In this document: positions 40,647 through 48,239 of the stretch, in pieces
How the letters are laid out: the number at the start of each line of letters is the position of its first letter
Numbering within the stretch: position 1 is the first letter of the stretch
Source: Opitutales bacterium
GTDB taxonomy: Bacteria; Verrucomicrobiota; Verrucomicrobiia; Opitutales; Seribacteraceae
Assembly: GCA_038136415.1 (NCBI GenBank)
Contig: JAYPZT010000001.1
Coordinates: 1-54,525, forward strand
Length of the DNA: 54,525 bases
Direction of reading: 5' to 3'
Position numbers and translations under genes: made by a program
The notes under the pieces: generated by a model
Told to the model about the DNA's origin: nothing
The model's input: only the letters and a program-made list of their open reading frames with translations
The model's database searches: none

Positions 40647-43600
40647 CTACTTGGTCGTCATCACATAGACACCATCCCAATCATCACCCGGTGGGTTTTC
40701 CTGCATCACCCGGCAACGGTCAATCAGGATCATGGATGGATTATCTTTTACCCCGGGAGTTACTCCAGGCTTGTTGGGCTCAAGTTCTTTAGCCTGGGCA
40801 AAAAGTTGTAAGGCACCATCCCAGTCTTGTGCCAGGTACTTATTAATTCCACGCTGAAAACAATCCAGACAGTCCTGAGTTTCCTGGCTTAATTCAGACA
40901 TAAACCCAGTGGGCTCGAACATCGCCACCGGTTGAGATCTTCCTTTCACCACGATCTTATCCAAATACCTGAAAGCGATGTCGTCCTTGGTTTGTTCAGA
41001 GGCAAGCTTGGTCTCCTCAGTCACCATAATGTAGGCACCATATGCCTTGGCACCACTTTCGCAGCGGGCAGCCAGGTTTACCATATCGCCCATCATCGTG
41101 TAATTGAAGCGGTCCAGCGCCCCCATATTTCCAACCGTGGCGGTTCCCGTATTGCAGCCGATCCTGGTTTGCATCTGGGTTACCAAACCGTGGCACTTCC
41201 CCCATTTTTCGACCTCTGGCACCCACTTTTTCCGTAATTCAATTTGCTTTTGCTGCATCAAAATCGCCGTTCTCACTGCCTGATAAGCATGATCATTCAT
41301 TGGAATTGGGGCACCGTACATCGCCACAATCGCATCCCCAATATACTTATCCAAAGTTCCACGCTCCTCCTGCAAAATGTTGGTCATTGCAGTGAGGTAT
41401 TCGTTCATCAAATCGACCAAACCAGTGGGGGTTAATAATTCCGAAAAACTGGAGAATGCCTGAACATCACTGAAAAAGGCAGTAATTGCAGTTTCTTCCC
41501 CACCGAGAGAAGGCTCTTCTCCTGATTCAACCATTTGCTCAACCAAGTCCGAGGAAACATAACTTCCAAACATTCCCTTCAATCGACCTTTGGCTTTCTG
41601 TTCGATCACCACCATTGCAGCAAGTCCAATAAAGGAAGTACTAAGACCAGCACATGCTGGTGCGGTCACCGGCCAAATGACATGGGACTGGGCAAAGGTT
41701 TCAAAACCAAGAAACACATAGCCAATTAACAAAAGAATACCTCCCGCCTGTACCCAGTGTGCATGGTTACCCTGGTAGACTGCAAGGAAAGCCATAAGTA
41801 AACAAACAAAGAGAGTGGCAAGGTGATCGATCCTCAGAGGCAATCTCTTTAAGTATTCTCCGGAAGTCAGGGTTTTGATCAAATTTCCATGAACACTAAC
41901 CTTGGGCACCCCGGATGAATCAAAAGGTGTAGGAGCTAAGTCCTGAAAGGTTTTTTCTTCCGGACCTATCAGGATGATTGCATCGTTGAATGCGGAAAAG
42001 AAATCGTCGATTCTCTCCATTTCCTCCCGTTGAAGTTGAAGGTTTTTTTGGTTAATCGAGATGGCTTCAGCGATTTGTTGCTTTTGGGATAGTAGGGCTG
42101 TGTTTTCAGGATCTTCCTCAAGAGCGCTTTCAATTTTTGCAAGATATTGATCACCGGTAAGAATCTCAATTTTTGACTCAAGATCTGCAATGGTGGCACC
42201 AACCTGATCATGAAACTTTGCATAGGATAACACATCTTTCATCCCACACATCGGATTGTATTCAGATAAAATAGATGGAGGGATGAAGTAATAACTGATG
42301 GCATCGAGAAGGGAGAATAGCTGTTCAAAGGATGGAATATCCTTATCATCAGGATTTGAGCCTAAGAGGCTTTCCCCGACCAATACTTTTTCCTCCTCAA
42401 TGCCTAAATTTCTTAGACAAGCCGGAAGTTGTGAATGATCACTGGGCACCTCCAAGCCTTCTATTCTGGATAAAAGTAGGTTTATAATTTTGGGAGCCAA
42501 GGCCAGATATTCAGGAATATTCTTATCCACATAAGCTCTTTTGGCCTCAAGAGTAAGTAGCTTCTCCTCATGGGTTGCTGACCATTTTGAAAACCAGTTA
42601 ACTTCCAAGAACTGTCCGTCCGATAGCTTGGATTCAACCAGGGCACCTTCAGTAGGATGAACAATTCGGAAAGTTTGATAGTCATCATCTATCTCAACAG
42701 CATCGTCCTCCAGCCCATAGTAAGCCAACAACGCCTCAACACCTAGGGCAAAGATTTTGCCCTGTTTCATGAGTGGAACCTCGTTGGGTAAAGTATGCAC
42801 CAGCAATCCTGAACTATCGCTGCTTGTAACAGTATCCTGATACACTAATCGGAGCGTATCCTTACCCTCCACCAATTGAGTTGGCGTAAGTCCTTTGATT
42901 CTATTGAGCTGAGTTTGCACTCTCCCTTCGTCAGCTTCGGCAGCAGCCAACTTCTCCCGACTGGATTGTAATTCTGTAACCAAACCAGGAAGATTTTTCA
43001 TAGAAGATGAAACCAACTCCTCCACACCTTGGATCTTATTTTCGAGAATAAGCTCAGCTTCGCGAATTTCTTCAGGGGTCATTTTCTGAGCTACATCACT
43101 TTTCTTTAACTCAACCTCAGCCAGCAATTCCTTCTTGCGAGCTAACCGAAGATCCAATTGCGGTCTGATGACTGCATCCAAGGCTGGATTGGCATCCAGG
43201 GTATTTTGGAAATTGGCAATCTCTTCTTCCAACCTGTCCAACTCGGCCGATAGATCATCAACGGTTTGTACACTGCTGATTGAACCGGAGGAGCTTTGCA
43301 GGATGGAATTGCAAATTTTCATCATTTCCTCCTCCCGTGTATTAATTTGGGAACCGATAATTTGCTCCAAGGCCGGATTTGCCGACAGCGTACTACGAAA
43401 GTTTGCGAGCTCTTCTTTGAGGGACTTTATTTTGGATTTCACTTCAATGAAACCATTGAGTTGTTCCTCATACATTGATTTTTGCTCTGTTAACTCGACC
43501 AACTGCTCACCGATCCTGGCAGTTACTTCTTCGAGTTGTTGCTTCCTTTCTGTAATCACAGAAAATTCAGTAGATAAACGAATAATCTCTTCCTTATTAT

Positions 43601-44381
43601 CGCGAGGAAGCTCAAAGGAAAGAACACTCTGTTTGCCACCCAGAAGGTTGTATGCATGTGCCTTACCCCCCTCATAATACCACAAGGGTACCCACCTCGG
43701 GATCTCATCAACACTGCGGTATGGAGTCACAGTAAATGAACCCATTCTCCCCACATAGGAATCATTCTGATAACTCAGCAAAGGGAAAGTCGGTGATTCC
43801 GGGTAATGAAATTGTCCCGATTCATAGGAATATCCATCCTTGAAAAAGGGCGGGAAAGCACTGACACCGGTCGGTTTAACAAAAGGAGTTTGGACACCCG
43901 AATACAAGCAGCCAAGCACCACCTGGTCAGGATATTTTCTGACAAGTTCAGCCAGAGCCATATCACTGCGGTAAGAATTCTCCTTAGGCACCATGCTCGA
44001 CATGCTTTTGGGGGTAAACCCAAAGTCAAAACCGATGGATCTCGCCTTCCCTTTATCAAGCAAAGCCAAGGCAGTATCTCTGAAAAAGGCTCGATCCCAC
44101 GGTCTCTCACCCACCCCGTCCATCTCCAAGGTGCCCGAATCAAAATTAACATAAACCAATTTGGGCACCCGTGGAACAGAAGAACCATCAGGCAGCTCAA
44201 TTTTATCCTCAGGCTCGCTATAGCTGGATTGAGGAATCTCTCCTCTAAATTGCAGCCGCCAATCCACCGATTTTGTTTTTAAGTAGTCCAGGTAGCCAAA
44301 GTGATTCAATCCAATCCACAGGCATGGAATGATCAGGAGGGCAAGAAAGGTCCGCTTTGATTCTTTGCTTAAGGTAAACAT
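40647..44381 (-). CDS. CHASE2-sensor class III adenylate cyclase with large helical insertions
   Basis: N-terminal TM; CHASE2 pieces (PW.R, IG.D, IG...D..PTP...V.VH.N); three TMs; cyclase motifs FSDV..FS, DKYIGDA, RIG.NTG and YT..GD.VNLAAR.E; C-terminal WDGV. Confidence 0.88.
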   Translation of the reverse strand: MFTLSKESKRTFLALLIIPCLWIGLNHFGYLDYLKTKSVDWRLQFRGEIPQSSYSEPEDKIELPDGSSVPRVPKLVYVNFDSGTLEMDGVGERPWDRAFFRDTALALLDKGKARSIGFDFGFTPKSMSSMVPKENSYRSDMALAELVRKYPDQVVLGCLYSGVQTPFVKPTGVSAFPPFFKDGYSYESGQFHYPESPTFPLLSYQNDSYVGRMGSFTVTPYRSVDEIPRWVPLWYYEGGKAHAYNLLGGKQSVLSFELPRDNKEEIIRLSTEFSVITERKQQLEEVTARIGEQLVELTEQKSMYEEQLNGFIEVKSKIKSLKEELANFRSTLSANPALEQIIGSQINTREEEMMKICNSILQSSSGSISSVQTVDDLSAELDRLEEEIANFQNTLDANPALDAVIRPQLDLRLARKKELLAEVELKKSDVAQKMTPEEIREAELILENKIQGVEELVSSSMKNLPGLVTELQSSREKLAAAEADEGRVQTQLNRIKGLTPTQLVEGKDTLRLVYQDTVTSSDSSGLLVHTLPNEVPLMKQGKIFALGVEALLAYYGLEDDAVEIDDDYQTFRIVHPTEGALVESKLSDGQFLEVNWFSKWSATHEEKLLTLEAKRAYVDKNIPEYLALAPKIINLLLSRIEGLEVPSDHSQLPACLRNLGIEEEKVLVGESLLGSNPDDKDIPSFEQLFSLLDAISYYFIPPSILSEYNPMCGMKDVLSYAKFHDQVGATIADLESKIEILTGDQYLAKIESALEEDPENTALLSQKQQIAEAISINQKNLQLQREEMERIDDFFSAFNDAIILIGPEEKTFQDLAPTPFDSSGVPKVSVHGNLIKTLTSGEYLKRLPLRIDHLATLFVCLLMAFLAVYQGNHAHWVQAGGILLLIGYVFLGFETFAQSHVIWPVTAPACAGLSTSFIGLAAMVVIEQKAKGRLKGMFGSYVSSDLVEQMVESGEEPSLGGEETAITAFFSDVQAFSSFSELLTPTGLVDLMNEYLTAMTNILQEERGTLDKYIGDAIVAMYGAPIPMNDHAYQAVRTAILMQQKQIELRKKWVPEVEKWGKCHGLVTQMQTRIGCNTGTATVGNMGALDRFNYTMMGDMVNLAARCESGAKAYGAYIMVTEETKLASEQTKDDIAFRYLDKIVVKGRSQPVAMFEPTGFMSELSQETQDCLDCFQRGINKYLAQDWDGALQLFAQAKELEPNKPGVTPGVKDNPSMILIDRCRVMQENPPGDDWDGVYVMTTK

Positions 44382-44508
44382 AATGGATACTGCGATGAAT
44401 GATTAAGAGAAAAGGCTATCTGTATAGGTCTGTATTTATTAGCATTTTGATGACTCCGACTTGGCAAGTCGAAAAATATCATATCTTCTCAATTGATTCT
44501 CTTTTCCC

Positions 44509-44536
44509 TTGGACAAATCCGGCCATTAGTTACGCT
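44509..44536 (+). promoter_or_regulatory. Putative promoter of the moxR-bat operon
   Basis: TTGGAC-16 bp-TACGCT, 24 nt before ATG 44561. Confidence 0.3.
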
Positions 44537-44560
44537 TTGTCCTTTTGATTTTACTTACTG

Positions 44561-45574
44561 ATGAACCAACCAAACGAGAATGATAAGCCTCCTGCCCCTG
44601 AAGAGCAGGAAAAAATTAAAAACGAGGCAGCTTGGGTATCTTTGCTCAAACAGGAAATCGGGAAAGTTATTGTCGGTCAGAAATATCTGATCGACCGTCT
44701 GATCGTTGGGCTCCTGGCCAACGGACATGTCCTGCTGGAGGGGGTTCCTGGATTAGCCAAAACACTGGCTGTAAAAACCTTATCGGATTGTATCAAAGCG
44801 GACTTTAAAAGAATCCAGTTTACCCCCGACCTGCTGCCAGCCGATGTTGTGGGCACTCTTATATACAGCCCGAGCAAAGGAGAATTCACCACCAAAAAGG
44901 GGCCCATCTTTGCCAACCTTCTCTTGGCAGATGAAATTAACCGGGCACCTGCCAAAGTTCAGAGTGCCCTGCTCGAAGGAATGCAGGAAAGACAGGTTAC
45001 TATTGGTGACCAAACCTTCCCCCTGCCCCACCCATTTCTGGTCCTCGCCACAGAAAATCCGATTGATCAGGAGGGAACCTACCCCTTGCCCGAGGCACAA
45101 ATGGACCGCTTCATGCTTAAGCTTGTCATCGACTACCCAGGCAGGGAGGAGGAGCTTCAAATTCTTGAATCCAATGCCAATGTTTCGGTTTCACATCAAG
45201 TGAGCCCAGTGGTGGATGCAGATACAATTTTCCGCTCCCGGGAATTGGTGGATAAAATTTACCTCGATAATAAGCTCAAGGGCTATCTGGTTGATCTTGT
45301 TTTAGCTACCCGCAAGCCAGGGCAATACGGAGCCACTGAGCTCGACGCATTTATCCGTTTTGGTGCCTCCCCCCGTGCAACAATCAGCCTGGCCTTGGCC
45401 TCCAAGGCAGTGGCGTTCATGAACGGAAGGAGTTTTGTTACCCCCCAGGATATCAAAGATGTTGCCGGGGATGTTCTTCGTCACCGAATTATTGTGAGCT
45501 ACGAAGCAGAAGCGGAAAATATTTCCAGCGACGACATCATCGATAAATTACTCGCAACAGTTCCCGTTCCTTAA
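44561..45574 (+). CDS. MoxR-family AAA+ ATPase
   Basis: HVLLEGVPGLAKT, RIQFTPDLLPAD, DEINRAPAKVQSALLE, EGTYPLPEAQ.DRF and GASPRA. Confidence 0.95.
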   Translation: MNQPNENDKPPAPEEQEKIKNEAAWVSLLKQEIGKVIVGQKYLIDRLIVGLLANGHVLLEGVPGLAKTLAVKTLSDCIKADFKRIQFTPDLLPADVVGTLIYSPSKGEFTTKKGPIFANLLLADEINRAPAKVQSALLEGMQERQVTIGDQTFPLPHPFLVLATENPIDQEGTYPLPEAQMDRFMLKLVIDYPGREEELQILESNANVSVSHQVSPVVDADTIFRSRELVDKIYLDNKLKGYLVDLVLATRKPGQYGATELDAFIRFGASPRATISLALASKAVAFMNGRSFVTPQDIKDVAGDVLRHRIIVSYEAEAENISSDDIIDKLLATVPVP

Positions 45575-45616
45575 TTCCGCAAGTTTGGTCAACCAGGCAT
45601 CCTTGCCCATCTAACC

Positions 45617-46564
45617 ATGCAGGAACCCGATCAAGACTTCACCAAAGAGATTCTCCGGAAAGTCAGGCAGATTGAAATAAAATCTAACCGCCTGGTTTCC
45701 GAAGCTTTAGCTGGCTCATACCACAGTGCGTTCAAAGGCCAGGGCATAGACTTTGAGGAAGTCAGGGAATATCAACCGGGAGACGAAGTCCGCTCCATTG
45801 ACTGGAATGTGACCGCCAAGATGGGGGTTCCGTTCATCAAGCAATACCGTGAAGAAAGAGAGCTTACTATCCTCATTGCTATTGATATTTCCGGTAGCCT
45901 TGATTTTGGCTCCAAGCAATCCAGCAAAAGAGAAAAACTTGCGGAACTTGGGGCACTTCTTGCATTTTCTGCCAATCTCAATGGAGACAAAGTGGGACTC
46001 CTTCTCTTTTCAGACCGGGTTGAGAAATATCTTCCACCTGCCAAAGGCCAGAAACATGTTTTGCGAATTCTGCGGGAAATCTTGTTTCATGATAATGAAA
46101 GCAGGCAGACTGATCTTGTGGAAGGAGTTCGGTTCATCAACAAGGTTCTCAACCGAAGAGCGATTATTTTCTATCTCTCCGATTTCATTTTTCCTGAATC
46201 ATCTGAACAGGATCTCGAAGCCAAAGAAACCGAGGAAATCTTCCTTCATGAACTATCGGCAACCCGCCGGAAGCATGACCTTGTCTGTGCCCAGATTATG
46301 GATTCTGCAGAGATCGAACTCCCTGACTGTGGACTTGTTCGTCTACAGGATGCTGAATCTGAGGATTCTCCCCATGTACTGGCAGATTTTTCTGACCCTA
46401 TTTTCCGTCAAAAATACCAGAACCTCCAGAAGGAAAAAAGAACTCTATTTTCCAAAAAATTAAAGAAACGTGGGATCGAGTCTTTTCCTTTTTTGACTGA
46501 TTCAGATTATTCGCTCGAACTGAAAGAGTTTTTCAACCGGAGGGGTAAACGAAGAGGCTTCTAG
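45617..46564 (+). CDS. DUF58 domain protein
   Basis: G.G.DFEEVREYQPGD.VR.IDWNVTA, Y.EERE, D.SGS, D.VG and SDF. Confidence 0.92.
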   Translation: MQEPDQDFTKEILRKVRQIEIKSNRLVSEALAGSYHSAFKGQGIDFEEVREYQPGDEVRSIDWNVTAKMGVPFIKQYREERELTILIAIDISGSLDFGSKQSSKREKLAELGALLAFSANLNGDKVGLLLFSDRVEKYLPPAKGQKHVLRILREILFHDNESRQTDLVEGVRFINKVLNRRAIIFYLSDFIFPESSEQDLEAKETEEIFLHELSATRRKHDLVCAQIMDSAEIELPDCGLVRLQDAESEDSPHVLADFSDPIFRQKYQNLQKEKRTLFSKKLKKRGIESFPFLTDSDYSLELKEFFNRRGKRRGF

Positions 46565-46575
46565 CCTGATCCACC

Positions 46576-47178
46576 ATGACAAACAGGATCAATTCCTCCG
46601 ATTATCTACTGGATACCAGCATCCTGGTGGACGCCCCCCTGCCGGTTTTCAAATCATTCAGTCAAATCCTCGGAGAAAATCTTCTCTTAATTGGAATCTT
46701 TCTTCTTATCCTGGTTCTTGGTGCTACTGCTTTTTATTGGCTAAAAAGAAAAAAAGAGGTCGTTCGAACGGAAGAAAAAATTGTCCAGATTGACCCCTAT
46801 GAAGAGGCCAAAAAAGAACTCAAGGCATTGGCACAAAAGAAAGACCGGCCGGAGCCCAAACCTTACATCTTCACCCTTTCCAGAATTTTACGACTCTACA
46901 TCGAGAGGCAGTTCAAATTGTCAGCTCTGGAACAAACCAGTGAAGAGTTTATCAACTCCGTATCCAATCATTCCTTTCTAGCCCAGCATTGCCTGCACAA
47001 TATTGAGGAATTTGCCAAGGCAGGGGATCTTATCAAGTATGCACCCCAAAGCAGTGTGGCAGAGGAAATGTCCCATTTATTCAAGCTTGCTGAAGGAATT
47101 ATTGATCTCGCCCATCAGGAACTGGAAAAGAAAAAGAGAAAAGAAACCCAAGCAAATAAGGAGGTGCAAACAACATGA
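46576..47178 (+). CDS. Single-TM Bat-operon accessory protein
   Basis: TM followed by P.E.A...L..L, LS..LR.YIE..F...A.E.T..E and DL.K[YF]A, typical of the gene between DUF58 and batA. Confidence 0.65.
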   Translation: MTNRINSSDYLLDTSILVDAPLPVFKSFSQILGENLLLIGIFLLILVLGATAFYWLKRKKEVVRTEEKIVQIDPYEEAKKELKALAQKKDRPEPKPYIFTLSRILRLYIERQFKLSALEQTSEEFINSVSNHSFLAQHCLHNIEEFAKAGDLIKYAPQSSVAEEMSHLFKLAEGIIDLAHQELEKKKRKETQANKEVQTT

Positions 47179-48239
47179 TTCCTCCCCTCCCTATTTTTTC
47201 CGACCTGGTTCTGGGAGATCCAATCTGGTTGTCTCTTATCCCCCTTGCTTTAGCTCTGCCCTGGGTAATCAGAAAGATAAACCCCTCCCATACATTTCTT
47301 AAATTTTCTCTTTTTGGATTGCTCAAACAAGCAAGGTCCGCATCTCCGAAACCTTGGTTTGGATTACCTAATTTCTTTTACAAATCCGGAGTAATGCTGA
47401 TTCTTCTGGCACTGGCACGCCCCCAATTTGATCAAAGTACGGAAACCATTCTTTCCAGTGGAGTGGATATCGTGATCGCGGTGGATTTATCCGCTTCCAT
47501 GCTCGCCCTCGACATGAGTGAATCAGACTCTCTGAATGTCACCCGGTTGGATGTGGTCAAAGATGTCATCAGTGAATTCATCAACAAAAGAAAATATGAC
47601 CGGATCGGACTGATTGCCTTCTCCGTGGACCCCTATTTGGTAAGTGCCCTCACGCTTGATCAGGAACATCTTCAAAAAAATCTCGCAAGATTGCGCGTTG
47701 GACTCACTCATGAAACCGGAACCAACCTTGGCTCTGCTCTGGCAGAGGGGATCAATCGTCTGCGCCCCCTCCAATCAAAATCCAAGATTCTTATTCTTCT
47801 TTCCGATGGGAAGGACGAACCCCAACCCCAGCATAGTCCCTTAATCTATGCGGATGGGGCAAAATCAGATAACATCAAAATTTACACCATTGCCATTGGC
47901 ACCAATTCCCGCACCCGCACTTATATTTTTGATCCCCGTCGCCGGGATATCGCACTCGCCCGCAATGGACTGCCTCTGGTGCAGGTGGCCGATTATCCCG
48001 TGGACAAAGACACTCTTTCCCAAATCGCCGAAAAGACGGGAGCAAAATTCTTTGAAGCTCCCAGCAAAGATTCCCTGCGGGAAATTTACGATGAAATTGA
48101 TCAGTTGGAAAAATCAGAAATAGAACTCTCGGTAAACGCATACTTTGAGGACCTGTACAGATGGCCCCTCGGTGCCGGGATTCTTTTTCTCCTGATTGGA
48201 TATATTCTGAAGCGCACCCGCTACCTGGTGATTCCATGA
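47175..48239 (+). CDS. batA: BatA-like VWA domain membrane protein
   Basis: LALARPQ, GVDI..AVDLSASM (MIDAS), DRIGL, T.LG, LSDG, IYTI.IG, IY.EID.LE and a C-terminal TM. Confidence 0.85.
   Translation: MIPPLPIFSDLVLGDPIWLSLIPLALALPWVIRKINPSHTFLKFSLFGLLKQARSASPKPWFGLPNFFYKSGVMLILLALARPQFDQSTETILSSGVDIVIAVDLSASMLALDMSESDSLNVTRLDVVKDVISEFINKRKYDRIGLIAFSVDPYLVSALTLDQEHLQKNLARLRVGLTHETGTNLGSALAEGINRLRPLQSKSKILILLSDGKDEPQPQHSPLIYADGAKSDNIKIYTIAIGTNSRTRTYIFDPRRRDIALARNGLPLVQVADYPVDKDTLSQIAEKTGAKFFEAPSKDSLREIYDEIDQLEKSEIELSVNAYFEDLYRWPLGAGILFLLIGYILKRTRYLVIP

Noticed and set aside
43135-43677. 180-aa Ser-rich ORF antisense to the cyclase
   Set aside because: It is the mirror of Glu/Lys-rich coiled-coil codons; its apparent repeat reflects the sense-strand repeat.
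45849-46463. 204-aa alternative-frame ORF inside the DUF58 gene
   Set aside because: No family motifs or recoding signal; the DUF58 frame is intact.
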